Below are positions 1-12,793 of a stretch of DNA of 64,000 nucleotides, one piece after another. Position 1 is the stretch's first letter. Each line of letters opens with the position of its first letter. A program made the position numbers and the translations under genes. The stretch lies in contig NMRA01000240.1 in NCBI GenBank assembly GCA_002633005.1, positions 93,351 through 157,350 of the forward strand, read 5' to 3'. The notes under the pieces are model-generated. The model did not search any database. It saw only the letters and a program-made list of their open reading frames with translations, and was not told the origin of the DNA. This stretch comes from Phoronis australis. Lineage: Eukaryota > Animalia > Phoronida.

Positions 1-1225
1 CAAATTGTAAGATAAATTTCACCTCACACACGTAGGTTTAGTTCGGCAAAAACTTCTGACAGAAAAATACCCGACAGAATGTTTAATGTACGTCAACTGG
101 GGGAATTATCATAACAGTTAAAAGCGAATGATCAAAGCTCTTTATGCATTTTTGACAGAAAGGATCAATTTTGGCATGGTGAAATTTAGCATTCTATGGA
201 GTTTATCGGGTGAACTTTCAAGTACTGACCAATAAGTTCGCTCAAAAACTAGGCGATTGAAGAGCAAAATCGGTTTATTTGACCAACATATATGTCGCCT
301 CGCCATGGTCACATTCATTAAATATAAATTTTACCCCAGCGTTTAGACCGAGCAAACACAACAGCGTAAATTATTTAAACACTTTCATCTTAATTGTATG
401 TCATAAATAGTTATTACAAAAGGGGTTTTAAACATGGAATGTCGGACACAAAAAGATTTCTTTTTCACACAAATTTGCCACTCATCAGGACATACACTTT
501 CTGCTTCATGAACTTTCGTGACCTATGACAACAGTCAGCAGCAGCAGAATGTAGGTCTATTTCCTTGGTCAACATTCCCTGGCAGTCTTATTTGAGATCC
601 TTAGCGATCATATAAAATGACATGTGACTGATGAGAAGCGCCATCTGTTTGTCGTAAAGGTTTTGGATGAGCGGGTACCTTTTGCCTACGGTACAGTGTC
701 CAGTTGAAGATACATGTAATTCCGCCCAGCAGGCATGATCGTTGCATTGAACCGTTCCTTCAGAAACAAAATGTTCTTTGTAATATTTGATATTTTGTGA
801 CTCCAGGCATAACCGTTTCTGCGCGATTAAAAAGAAGAGAAAAACATCTATACGTTCACGATATCAGGGCCCGGTCTGTAATCTCCGTACTCAGACTCAT
901 ACTCAAAATAGTGCTCACTGGAGTCGTACTCAAAAAAGCGTATCTAATGTGGCATTTCGAGTAGACTCCAAACGTACTCAAATCCGACACTCATACTCGA
1001 GTTGCTATGGAATTCTTTATCATGTGAAAGGCAAAACCACGCTAAGTCGCGCTGATTCATCGCTCCCTATTGGCATAGACCACCCCAGCAAATACATTAT
1101 CGTCTGCTGTCGCTACAACTACAAGAGTAGGCCTTTAACGTGGAATTCTGAGTGTTCTGTAACTGTTATTCATTTTTTTCAGTTTCAATACAATATTCTT
1201 ATACCAGTTATTTAAAACATTTGAC

Positions 1226-3316
1226 AATTGACCTATCGCAAGCTCCGCCCTATGCGAGAAGTCACGTGATACCCGACAATCGAACGAGATGTCAGTGGCA
1301 AATACACTGTCGCTAAACGACGTTCCTGGTGACATCGATGAGTGTTTTTGCACTATTTGAAAACGCTTCGACAGAGACAAGAGGCGATGCTTTTCAACAG
1401 AGAATCGTACGTTCATGATATAGGAATTTGTAAAGGTGACGATGAAAAAATAAATGCTCGAGGAGCCAGCGAAAATCCGAAGAACCCCTCGGCCTCGTGG
1501 CCACCTTCACCTGACAAATGACAAAGCCACTGATACGATATGTTCATGTAAGGCTAGGTATGTACCTTAAAGTCGAATTATCTGTACGATTCCATAGATT
1601 TCATGATCTTACGAATATAATCAGTTAAGATTCACCGACATTTTTATTCTGTCGTCTGCTAAATTTCGCCAAATGAAAAGTAGGTCACAACTGGTGGGAC
1701 TCTTGGAGTAAAGTAGGTCATAGATTACAGACAACACATGCACTATAGTCTCTGACTAGGTCGACTCGATAGCAATGTTTACACTTTTCTAACCTTGTAA
1801 CGAAATATTTTGATCAAAAAATTCAGGTTCATAGCTCAGGTACACATTCATCTCGTCCTAGGCAAATAGTTAGCTCCGATATGTCTAGGGCTGTGTCTAA
1901 GTCAAATTAAGGTCTGGATTTCAGTGGCGGATCTAGGATACCACAGGGGGGCCCAAAAGATGTTGCCTCGTGGAATTGGGCAAAGTGGGATTGTATGTGC
2001 CCAGGCGGCGAGAAAGTTGCAGGGGCCAGGGATGTACACCGTTGGACCTTCTGTTCAGAAAATCTATCGGTGGACTAAAAAAAACAGGAACACGATTCCG
2101 CCGCGTCTGAGCCCCCTATTTCCGCTATCGGTCCCAGTTACTGAAATCAATATTTCCTCACGCTTCATGCTCTTGCTGTTTCATTTTACTTCCTGCAGGC
2201 AAGGGGGGGGGGGGTGGGCTGGTGCCCCTGCCCCGCCCCTAAATCCGCCTATGAAGTTGTTCGTTTGCACCATTCAGACATTTAAATTAGGCCTACCTTC
2301 TTATGAACTTGACATTTTTTGTAGTTTCATTCCATAAAGGTAGCTTTCATTTAATTTTGAAGGTAGCATGATCACTAAGTCGTGGTATGGTTAGAAAAGA
2401 TTACAAGTCTGGTGTCGTAGTTGCAAAAATAGGGTACTTACAAAAATAACTCAAATTCTTTTTTAAAGCTTCATAAATCTAAATATCATGTTTGAACAAC
2501 TTCAAAATGAGCTCTCTCTAACTCTACAGACATACTGTATGCTAGAGGTACACGTCAAAAAGTAATTCGACAGTTTATTTTTAGTGACAACAGCTCGACC
2601 AAGGCTTTGAGTTCCGGCAGTAATCCAGTGCTCTTCCCTGTGCCGATCGAATCTCTGAATTTTGACCGGGAGAGAAGTTAGGTTGAACGCCAGCCTACCG
2701 TTTATGAATAACAAAAAATGTACCTCTGATACGAAACAAAATAATGTCCATTAGGTTGAATTAAATGAAAAAAATTAAAATAAAAATGTCCTTGAAAACG
2801 ACAATTTTCGGGGTCTACCACTAGAGTGTTGAGATCTAGCAAGTGCCGAGACAAAGGCGGCCAGACGTAGGAAACTCGGGAGTTAAAATCTGAGATAGCC
2901 CTGCACCATAGCCACCAAGCTGAAAAGTGCGTTTCTTGGAACTAATATATTTGTGTTTATTACAGCCTTCGAGTTATCAAGCAACATCGCTAAGTTCAGC
3001 TGTTCATGTGGCCGTACAGTTTGATCCGTAGTTTACGCTTTTCAACATCATTTTTCTGCTTAGGACATGCCAAAAATGACGGGGTATTATTCTGGAGCAG
3101 CATAATGGCTCTCGGTGCTACAAACGCCATATCAACACCGTTTCCCATTCTTAGCGGACAATTTCTTGAGCTATAGACTAAGGTAAGTTTTACTCGACTA
3201 CGTGTGCTTTGTCGGGTAAAATGGCGGCTTGGAAACGCAGACGAAGGTGTGCCAAGAATGCTGCGTTCTGATTGGTCAATTAAGCCGTCGGTCATAATCC
3301 TGGCGATAGGTCAATT
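1226..3316. mobile_element. Non-autonomous DNA element with 14-bp TIR AATTGACCTATCGC
   Basis: Perfect inverted repeat at 1226-1239 and 3303-3316; the interior is homologous (inverted) to about 23200-24310. Confidence 0.7.
1922..2253. mobile_element. hAT-like MITE (CAGTGGCGGAT...ATCCGCCTATG)
   Basis: Terminal inverted GGCGGAT/ATCCGCC with G/C-run interior; absent from the homologous position (about 23700) in the second copy of the host element. Confidence 0.6.
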
Positions 3317-3530
3317 ATTAAGCTTTACTTCTTGTGTTCCTCTTTTTTTCGAAAATATCTTAATACATTTGTTACAGCTTATCACATGAAAGAACCCCTG
3401 TTCTCTCTTGCCAATTTAGTATTGACACAGAACCCATTGCTGTGTAGGCCTACGCTGATGTCAAAACTTTGATACTGTATCTTTGTATTTTACCGGGATA
3501 TATCAAGTTAGTTGTCATTTGGCGCATGAG

Positions 3531-6083
3531 TTTAAGTCCTTCTCTCAAACTGCCCATGTGGTCCCACTATCCGAAAATACTTACTACATAAATTCTTATT
3601 TTCGACACCCTTTCTTTATATTCTTTTCGCCTTTCTTGCCAAAAGAGATTTTTTAACAGTATTTGACCCTTCTCTGTGAGCGTATTATTACCGGCTGTCA
3701 TCGGTTATTTCCGGCTCATCAGTTCAGGAACTTGTCCTGAACGCCGCCATTTTTTCCTTGTAACTGAATGTGCTATGGCTTGCTCGAAAAGTCTTCATTA
3801 TTTTGTTTTATTAGTAATATCTCGTGATTCGTTTGCATCTGTAGTGTATTTATAGTTTGTAGTTAGTGGTCGTTGATTTTTTTTGGAATGTTATGCGTAC
3901 TTAGTATGTTAAAATAGCATTGGTGTTTAGTTCCTTACGTAGGCCGGTCGAACCTAGGAACCAATATGGGTCGAACCAATTTTTTTTCGGTTTTATTTTT
4001 TTGTCGTTTTGAAAAAGTACTTTGCTATCATCGGAAAGGTAGTACATTCTACTCACTAAAAATCGAAAAAGTATTAAAATCGGGGCAAGCAGTGTAAAGT
4101 TAGTACAAGTTTTGTGGCGAAATTTCGGTCACTTTGTTTGGATCTCGTCGGCCATATTGGAGGACAGCGGAACAAGTTACGAGTTTAAAACTTTGTGTAA
4201 ATTGTTTTCGCCAACAAATTACAGTGAAATTTAGTTAGACATATCTTTACTTACTATTCTGCACGATTTAACAGTGTTCACTAAATTTCAGCCTGGCAGT
4301 CGTTACTCATTAAGTGATAAATGTGCTCACAATTCCAGTTGGACTTCGTCTCATTTCTGGCGGCACCGACAACATGGCGACTTTTGCTGAACTGAAAGGC
4401 ATGTTCAATCGGCTACTTTGTAATTTGTGAAGATTTAAAGTTGATACATTTTGACAAACTTTGCTACAAAAAGAAACTTTGTTTAATTTTCGTGTTTTTT
4501 GTGCAAAAGATAAGATATATTCGAATGATTTTACTGTAAATTTCCCATTCAGGTGATCTTACACTAAGCTAAAAAATAGTTGAAATAATTTTGAAATGGT
4601 TTTTTGTTTGACTGTCAACTGCTGTTCAAGATTTGATTCGGTGTCACAAAACGATTCATATTTTTCTAAATTTTAAGTCTCAATTGCTTTCAATTCATGT
4701 TTTGTAACTTATTGCTTCTTATTTCAGGTTATCAAGTCAACAATATGAATAATTTTAATTTGAGAAATAAGCTATGTTGGATTGTGAAGCTTCAAGTCTC
4801 TAATTCTTGTTCCTTGCAACTTCATATTTTTTTAAATGATGCTTGTCGAATTCTGGTGTAAGGAAACACTATTCCGTCACCATGGTAATAGTTACATGTA
4901 TGTCCACTTTCATATCATGGAAACTGTTGCTGTTGAATAGTGTTTGTAATGCTAAATGTTGTAAAGTATTGTGCATTTTAAGTTACTTATTATGTTAAAA
5001 GTTTGAATCATTTTGGGTTAATGAATAAAAAATGATAACATGTTGCATTGGACTTGTCACACTTATGTGCTCGAACGAGCCCCCTTTTTGGAGAACTGGA
5101 AAAGGGTCTGCCTCACCTGAGTCACAGAAGCACGAATTCCGAAAAAGTAGAAAATGAGACAATATTCCACTAGAAGACAGGAAGTACAAAAATTTAGAGT
5201 CTGCAATTCATACCTCTGAACATACCCACTGAATCTTATAGTAAAAGGTAGACATTCCCAAAAATTCCAGTCCCCCATTCTTTTAGGCTTGGTGCGCTCC
5301 TAAGTCTGGGAAAATCTCAAAGCCAACAACTTTGTACAGTTCGCCAGAAGTACCCAAGTTCTAAATAAACCTCGGTTGAGCGAGCGCTGTGGCCAGCGAC
5401 CAGTTAGGCCTAAGGGTAGCCTTGGCGCAAAGCTGTATAGGCCTACAATCAAGCTGTATTTTGACGATAGTCTTCACTGGTAGCTGGTGACTGAGGCTAA
5501 CTAAGGTCTGCCGCGGCAGTGTGACACAGGACTAACCAGCACGTAATGTCATGCAAGTGTCTGAAACTACCCTTGAATATATGCAGCATTTATGATTTGA
5601 CCATTTTACTTCGACAAAACAGCTTGCAACCGCATGCATTTACCGTTGGCCAGTGTCTGGTCTTGATCCGCACCGGGTCGATAGGCTGCGGTCCTGAGTC
5701 TGGCAAAATAATTTCTGTCAAAATTTATCCGCCACATTTCTTCAGCAAATTCAAAAAAATTGTCCGTAGTTTGATTTTATTAAAATGAAGGCGCGCTGTC
5801 GATTATTTTATCCCCGTTTGCTGGCTGGTAACAGTACAGGCACTGCTCCAGTCGCACTGACGGCGTTTTCTCGGCCTGGGATCCTCAATGAATTGTACTT
5901 CCGGGTTCGCGGCATGTGCAAAATGGCGGTGGTTCTTCGGGTGCGAATCGTGAGTGGCGCGTTCATTTAAACTTTTTTCGAGTACGGATCGTGTATTAAT
6001 TATGGGGTAGGTACTTCTTAGATCCTTATAACATCCTCTAACCATGTAATAAGGGTTAACAACGCGTGAGAGAAGGACTTTAA
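3531..6083. mobile_element. TTAA-flanked Kolobok-like non-autonomous element, copy 1
   Basis: TIR (TTAA)AGTCCTTCTCTC / GAGAGAAGGACT(TTAA); near-identical copy at 42451-44132. Confidence 0.8.
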
Positions 6084-6866
6084 AAGCAATACATGTGCTG
6101 GCATTCAGAGTTCACCAGTGAACGGGACGAGACGTCTATTTAGAAATCAGCAAACAAAATTTGGAATACCATTCAGGAATTCAGGAATTCAAGGTGACTA
6201 ACTATGACGTGAAATGTTCCTGACAGGGAAGCAAGCTGTTTTTAACTTTCCTCGCCTCCTCGTCTTTTGGAAACCCTACAAACCGTAGACACACTTACTG
6301 AAATAAGAGCAGCACAAACTTGTCACACGACTTTCCCCACAATTGCTTTCGACACTTGTAATGACTCGCTGACAAGGGATTAGAATGCGCCTGTTGCCAG
6401 GAATCGTAGAGGAAGGAGTTTATGGATTGGCGGCGATGACATGCAGTGATACGGCGGGTTAATAAGGTGAAGAATAAGAAGAAGATTTAAACTGAAAATT
6501 ATTTGTGAACTGAAATTGAAGCGCTGAAATATGGTAAGGGGACTTAAGTTTTTAGATTTGCTGTGTCTGTCGGTAGCTTTTCGATATTTTGTTCTCTCGC
6601 TCGTACTTATTTTCGAGTAGGCCTACGATTTCAAGCACACTGCCAGACCAAACACGAAATTTGGAGCATATACACGAAATTTTACTCAAAATCTTACTCA
6701 AAATATACATGAGGTACACTGAGTACGTGGTCGAAATTTCGACTCGAGAACAGATTTTTCGAGTATGACATTGAATACACCAAAGCTGAGTCTGTACTCG
6801 AGTTGAGTATGGAGCTTGAGTTGGAGTATGATTCGAGTGTGAGTACGAGATTGGAGACCGGGTGTG

Positions 6867-7007
6867 CGTTCAGTAGACGCTAGGACCTACGCTAGGACCT
6901 AAATAAAACCTAGTCAAAATCACGTGCTCTCATTTAAAATGCACGGCAATATCTCATGTAATCTCGCGAAGTCTTGCTTTTTAGCGAGGTCCTAGCGTTA
7001 CTGAACG
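6867..7007. mobile_element. Small MITE with TIR CGTTCAGTA(G)ACGCTAGGACCT
   Basis: CGTTCAGTAGACGCTAGGACCT at the left end and AGGTCCTAGCGTTACTGAACG at the right end. Confidence 0.65.
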
Positions 7008-7810
7008 GGAGGCGGGTCCTGGTGCTTTTGTTTGTTACGTCATATGTAATCCACCGTTCCACAAATAAATCGCTGTCGAGATGTTACTTGTATTGGTGCC
7101 AACCTTTCATCCCATAACAGAGACGCAGTACCCTGTTGCATGAAACAGTCCCAATTAGGGACTCTGCAAAGTTTCCTAAATCTAGTAAATGGGTATTTGT
7201 GAGCTTGTGAAAACACTGATTGCCATTTCTAATCAAATTTGAGTGTCATTACGTAGTCAATTTAAATTTCCATAGAAATCGAGAGTGAACATGTACTATA
7301 CTAAAGATCAAAACTCTTCAGATTGTATACTTGAAACACAGGCATTGTCTAGAAAATACCTTATTAAGTATTCAATTTAAGTCCTTTTTTCGAAGCTCAT
7401 TTATTTGAGAAAAGCTCATTTCAAATGAGAAGGTGTTAGGGTTATTGTGGGAACTCTTTAAACTAGACTCCACACTTGAATGACAGCTACAGTACCAAGA
7501 GCCCTGTTCGTGAGCAGCAGAAATAAACGTGTGTGGGTCATCATTTGGGAAACAATCGCTAGAAATTGTACTCTCATAGTACTGAATCAGTGGTGGCTTC
7601 ATGGTTCCCCTTTCCCCGTGGTTTTGTTCACCGCTGCGACTAAACGGGGACGGGACGGACCCCCCTGAATCCGCCTTTTGAGAATGAAAAAACAAGAGAA
7701 TCCGAATGGAGCTACAATAGGAATAAATAATATGGCAGTGAAACATATTAAAACTAACAAGAATCTGCATTAAACATGTATTAGGTCCGCGGTATGATAT
7801 CGCCCTTGAC

Positions 7811-7918
7811 ATGACACGGATTTTTACGTGTCTCTTGTTACTTGGTTATGTGTTCATAGCCTTGGTGTTAGTGTTGTGGATGAAACACGATTTTTGGTGG
7901 GCGAAATTTAGAAGCGAG
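7811..7918 (+). CDS. Possible signal-peptide first exon (MTRIFTCLLLLGYVFIALVLVLWMKHDFWWAKFRSE)
   Basis: ATG followed by a long hydrophobic run and a GAG|GTACTT donor. The donor is phase 0, so it cannot join exon A directly without an intermediate exon. Confidence 0.2.
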
Positions 7919-8039
7919 GTACTTGTATTAGGAGATCTGACGAGATATTCAAATTTAGGTGTTCTGGGGAAAAACAAAAGCAATCACTGAAGTTTTGAAC
8001 CCGAAGGTATTGGTACGCACAACAAACTAACAAAACGTG

Positions 8040-8850
8040 GAATTCGTTCTCCACACATTCCAAATTACATAACTTTCACAACCTATTTCCATTGGGAATG
8101 TTTGTGTGGCCCATTAAACCATATAGAAGTGTTACATTTGTTTTACCTCGAATCCCTGTAGCTCATCTTGGGGGACAGTTTAGTGGCATATGGGTCATTT
8201 TGTGTTCGATCAGTGCGTGTTAACCAGTACGTGAAATACATAATCTATTTCAAATTTCAGAGTCATACCGTGGTTGAGATGTTCGTGTGTTTCTGGCGGG
8301 CACAACTCAGAGAGAAATTTGTCATAGGCCATTTGGATGTAGTGATCAGTGTCATTTATTCAATGTTATAGAATTGATTTTGTGGCTCCTCGAATGTAGG
8401 AGGCATCTAATTTTTGGGTTTTTTTGGGGGGTTTCTGGCGTACCCTTACCAGGGGTGCAATTTGTCTGTGACGGGTAAGCGTTTATTGCAGCACTATTGA
8501 TCGTTTAAATTCGTTTCAACCGGTACCTCAAATACCTAATCTTGATAAAGATTTCATGGCATGGTGTTTTTAAATTTTTGTGGGTATCTGGCCGCCACAA
8601 GCCAGAGAGAATTTTGTTTGCCATAGGCAATTTGATGGTCACTGAGTTGGATGTATTGAATCATATGGAATTGCTTTTTTCGTAGTACCTCGTATGCATG
8701 AGCTAGCTCGTTTTGGGAAGCTTGTTGGGCTTATGGCGGACCTTACCAGAGTGCAATTTGCCTGTCATTGGATCATTCGGTGTTCAGTGCGTCACGATTG
8801 TTCGTTTTAAATTAGTTTTGGTCGGTATGTCGAATTTCAAATCAAGCTCA
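8040..8850. repeat. Degenerate tandem repeat, about 300-bp period, about 2.5-3 units
   Basis: Recurring GAGAGAA(A/T)TT...CATAGGC (8310, 8606) and CCTTACCAG(G/A)GTGCAATTTG(T/C)CTGT (about 8443 and 8740). Confidence 0.55.
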
Positions 8851-9470
8851 TTTTTGGCTCCCCTAGGGCTCACATTCAGAACCCAGGGTGCGAACACCGG
8901 CAGGCATCCATTCTATACATGTACCTACTGGGGTTACTGTAAGTGGTCTGGTGGTCAGAAGTTGGTACTTCGTTTATCTATGCTAAGTGCTCCGGGCTAG
9001 GTCTATAAGGCTTTAGTGACAATGTTCTCTCCAAGATACTGTTTGGTTGTATACGAGACCCCGAAACATATCAATTGTATATTTTACGTAATGGAGGCCA
9101 CTTCAAAGATTGATTATGGAAATAGGGCTGCTAGGAAAGGGTGTCTTAAGATCGGTATATCAAACAATGCTACTTTATAAAAACAAATAACCGTCTGTTA
9201 ACTTCAGGTGATGGGTCACATGTTGAATAGCCTGTCAAGCTATTTCAATCTTCAACTCTCTTGGGGAAAAGCGAGATTTTTTGTAGAATGTCCTGTTTTT
9301 AGGTATACTACGATGTTTTCCTGTTACATTGTCAAAGTTTGCGGCATGTAGGGCAGGGCAGACAGCTTGTGACCATTTACTTTGCCATATTGATATTGTG
9401 GCAGGGTATTTTCAATTACAAAACTTTCTGGAATGTAATATGTACATAAACATAAACATTTACATTTACT

Positions 9471-9501
<31 letters not shown>

Positions 9502-9506
<5 letters not shown>

Positions 9507-9806
9507 AATTTCATTAAATACACGACACTTGTCGTCATTACCAGTCTTTATTCCGTCCCGTTAGTATCATCGGAACAAAGTTCTACACTCGTCAGGACAT
9601 TGGTGCAGCAATTGAACAAGAAACATGATTAATATCCACTTGAGAATGAAACAAGTATGTTTCGAAGTATCGTATGTCTTTTAGTCATGATCAAATGCTT
9701 CCCCAATGTTCTGTTGAGTGTAGACCTTTGTTCCAAGGATACGAACGGAATAGAATGAAAACTGCTAAAATTTATACAAGTGTCGTGTATTTAATCAATT
9801 TTGTAC
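9502..9806. mobile_element. Foldback MITE (long imperfect palindrome)
   Basis: ATTAAATACACGACACTTGT vs ACAAGTGTCGTGTATTTAAT, plus inner GGAACAAAG.TCTACACTC vs GAGTGTAGACCTTTGTTCC; flanked by TATACA and TACA microsatellites. Confidence 0.7.
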
Positions 9807-9901
9807 ATCCGAAAACTTGCTCCTGCAGTACAACCAGCTCATAAACACATAAATATACATAAATACATACATACATACATTCATATATATAACTGTGTTA
9901 G

Positions 9902-9902
<1 letters not shown>

Positions 9903-9946
<44 letters not shown>
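9903..9946. repeat. (TA)n microsatellite
   Basis: Direct reading. Confidence 0.95.
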
Positions 9947-9947
<1 letters not shown>

Positions 9948-10229
9948 CAGGTGTCCCAGAATGTCAGTCACTTTTTGACGAGTAATTTTTCAGCAATTGA
10001 CCAGCAGAATACGTTCATGTATCTTCAGGGTGTTTTCAACGAGTCTACGAAGTATTTCAGAGAAATATAAACAGTTATAACAGTACTGTGAAATTCAAAA
10101 CATCTTGGTGAAAAATATGACAATGACTTTTATTGTGTTCATGTTATGCTGGCATCTGTCAGTCAAAAAATGCCCGCCTGGGTGTCAAGTGTTCTGTTTT
10201 TTACAGTCAGATCTGTATCCAAAACAGTT

Positions 10230-11300
10230 TTATCAAATCAAAATTTTAAATGACTTTTTTGGTCAGGGAAACCACCTAAAATAGAGAAAAACATTACAAC
10301 TGCCTCTTATGAAGATCGAGGTTTAAAAGTCCCTGAAATGACCAATATATCCTCAAGAGTTATGGGGGTGAACAATTGTGGTCATGTAATTTGAAAGTAA
10401 ACAAACTGTTTAGAACAGTAACTGATGGTTTTTGTAGTGAGGTTTTGTCGGTGGGTGAGCAGTTGAATCATAATGCTTTTAAAGATGTGATCAGATTATA
10501 TGGCATAACAGAGAAATAACACCTAATAATATGTCACTATATTATAATTAAAAGATTTTGCTAAGATTGGGCTACGTTCATCAATGACTTTCTTGATTCT
10601 GAAAATAAGCTTTTATCGTGGGACGTGGTCAAGGCATTATATGAATTAAACTATTTTTAAATTCTGTGTTTTAATTCAATATGTATTATTTTATCTAGAA
10701 AAATGATCAAGGTCATCAAAGACTGGTTGGGTACAACAATAAAATTTGCTTATACTACAACAAAATTGCAAAATAAAAATAAAAAATATTTTGTTACAAA
10801 AGTATTGCAAACAACCAGACAATTATGAAAATTTGTTGCAGCATTGTTCAAATCAAGGTATCAAAAAGATTATTCGTTGCCATTTACTCGTCGCATCAAT
10901 CCATGTGTTAAATCTTTTAAGTATATGTTGTTGCATAACAGATTGTATACTAACTCTTTGTTATATAAGTTGAAGATTGTTAATTTAGATAAATGTCCTT
11001 ACTGTAATCTAGTGCAGAATACTGAACACATGTTTTTATTGTCACGTGATGTAGTGCAAAGATTATTTTTTGATTAATGCCATCATACTTTGACATCTTC
11101 CCTAAAGGAAGATGTCAAATTGCCAAGAATAAAATCATGTTTTGCCATTTTAGTCCTCCTGAAATCTTCCTGTTGATTGATTTTGTTATCACCGTCGCCC
11201 AATATTTTATTTATTGACGAAAGCAGTTGCATCAAGATTGATCTGCTTGTAAGTTACTTATGTCGAAATATGTTAAAGTTACAATACTTTATTTTCAAAA
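10230..11300 (+). mobile_element. Degenerate L1/Tx1-clade LINE ORF2 3' fragment (post-RT region and C-terminal Zn finger)
   Basis: FWSGKPPKI...SYEDRGLKVP at about 10255-10340; KYMLLHNRLYTNSLLYKLKIVNLDKCPYCNLVQNTEHMF (zf-RVT-like) in ORF 10844-11077; many stops and frameshifts. Confidence 0.8.
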
Positions 11301-11399
11301 AACAAAAGAACCTTTGCTCTTTATACACATTTCATATTACGTCGCCGAATGACTTTCCTATAAAACAAACCTACACGGGAATCTGCACTGGCTCAAGTC

Positions 11400-12027
11400 T
11401 CGTGGCATAAAAACAGAAAGTGGCGTGAGAACGTAATCTGAAATAGCGGATTGCGAGCGAGGTAATGTTATCATGGAAATAGTTCCAGGAGCGGTTACCA
11501 AACAATAACCTTGTTCTACTAAACTTAGGAAAAGAGTACGCTAACGTGAATGTACATAAGCTCACACTTATATAATTTGTTTTCTGTAATTGCGTACTCG
11601 TTTACAATATACTCCATACAGCGTTGAGATACTTTTATATTTAACAATTTGAAGAAATTACATAATTCGTCGGTTCCTCGCACTCTCCCAAAAAGTTTTA
11701 ATCTGCCATTCATTGAAGAGCAGACGAGACCATGACACTGTGCTTGGAACGACATTTGTAACCTTGGTAGGTCATTTATTTGATTTGTTTCTTTTCTGTT
11801 TTTGGCTTTCAAACTTGCCGAATCGGATCTCTTAATAGCAAAAAGGAAAAAAGCCAACCGATTTCACTAGTTGGTCCTGCAAGTCAGCGCTTGTTCTATC
11901 TTCAGACGGAGTAGAGCTTGGGTAGACTGGGTCGAGGAGGTTTTGGGGGTCGTGGGTCGTGCGGGTCGTGCGTCGTGGGGGTCGTGGGTATAATGGGATG
12001 TGTGGTCGAGGGGTTTTAGAATAATCC
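11400..12027. mobile_element. Dispersed non-autonomous element, homologous to 47680-48240
   Basis: Shared GTTCTACTAAACT...GAGTACG.TAAC and GGTTCCTCGCACTCTCC...AATCTGCCATTCA...GAACGACATTTGTAA; right end GGTTTTAGAATAATCC is the inverse of GGAATGTTCTAAAACC at 47680. Confidence 0.65.
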
Positions 12028-12308
12028 AAGAAATAATCAAAGTTTTTTTGGTTGAAAGAAACGGCTACGTTTAGCCGCGAAGGACGATGAAGCCCACATT
12101 GAGGCTGAAATAAGCGAGCTACACTTTGACACTTTATTTTTTGACCTGATGTTTTTAATTTGATAGTGCTCGAACAATTGGACACAGATCCCCTTGACAT
12201 TTTTATACAACTGATGATGATATCCAAGGGCAATCCGGTAAGAAATTTGAAGAATCAGTTTATTGGTTGCTGAGGACATGCTTGTCGCACTTTTTAGGAG
12301 ACACGTGA

Positions 12309-12400
12309 TACACACACACACACGCACGCACACGCACACACACACGCACACACACACAAACACACACATTATACGTATATGTATATCTATAATACACACA

Positions 12401-12445
<45 letters not shown>

Positions 12446-12458
12446 GCACACACACACA
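12309..12458. repeat. (CA)n/(CG)n compound microsatellite
   Basis: Direct reading. Confidence 0.95.
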
Positions 12459-12661
12459 TATTGGTTTATTCATTGGTTAATTAATCAGCTAATTAGTATG
12501 TGAAGAGATTCGTAAATGTATGCTGTTTTGATTTTTGCATTTTTGAAAAGATTCTTGCTTTAGAAATAAACAGTGTTTTTTAATTTATGTGATATCCAAA
12601 CTTAGATCTCATGTTTGGGGTCTGACAGTCAACACCTTGACCTCTGCGAATGGTTTTACAG

Positions 12662-12793
12662 ACGAAAAGGTCTCACCTGCGCATTGTTACCTCGGCGGAA
12701 TGTGGTGCTCCGAACTCGACTCTTATTGCTTAAGAGGCATGTCAGTGTGTAGCTGCTTAGATGGCCAATTTATGTTCAGAAGTGCTTGTATAC
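12662..12793 (+). CDS. Internal exon A of EGF/EB-like repeat membrane protein (xEKVSPAHCYLGGMWCSELDSYCLRGMSVCSCLDGQFMFRSACI)
   Basis: ttttacAG acceptor, C|GTAAGT donor, 132 nt, phase 1-1, open frame, 6 Cys with a CxCxxG motif. Confidence 0.85.

Larger units (their letters stand above)
868..7018. mobile_element. Non-autonomous TIR element (PIF/Harbinger-like ends) hosting nested insertions
   Basis: Left CCCGGTCTGTAATCTCCGTACTCAGACTC (870-898) is an imperfect inverted match to GAGTGTGAGTACGAGATTGGAGACCGGG (about 6835-6862); outer flanks are CAG/CTG; both ends carry TACTC/GAGTA subterminal motifs. Confidence 0.55.

Noticed and set aside
628-660. CTGATGAG hammerhead 5' core
   Set aside because: No GAAA core or closing stems downstream
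5546-6045. ORFs duplicated at 43594-44094 suggesting a gene family
   Set aside because: They are chance frames in the subterminal region of the repeated TTAA element, and the frames are not conserved between copies
9303-9405. Possible Cys-containing exon after tttttAG
   Set aside because: Only 4 Cys, no CxCxxG motif and a weak donor
12167-12237. Possible small exon with a CCG|GTAAGA donor
   Set aside because: The open frame ends in phase 0, incompatible with exon A, and the phase-1 frame contains a stop
12037-12484. Cys/Val- or His/Thr-rich ORFs
   Set aside because: (CA)n microsatellite translations; the same applies to the ORFs at 25606-25830
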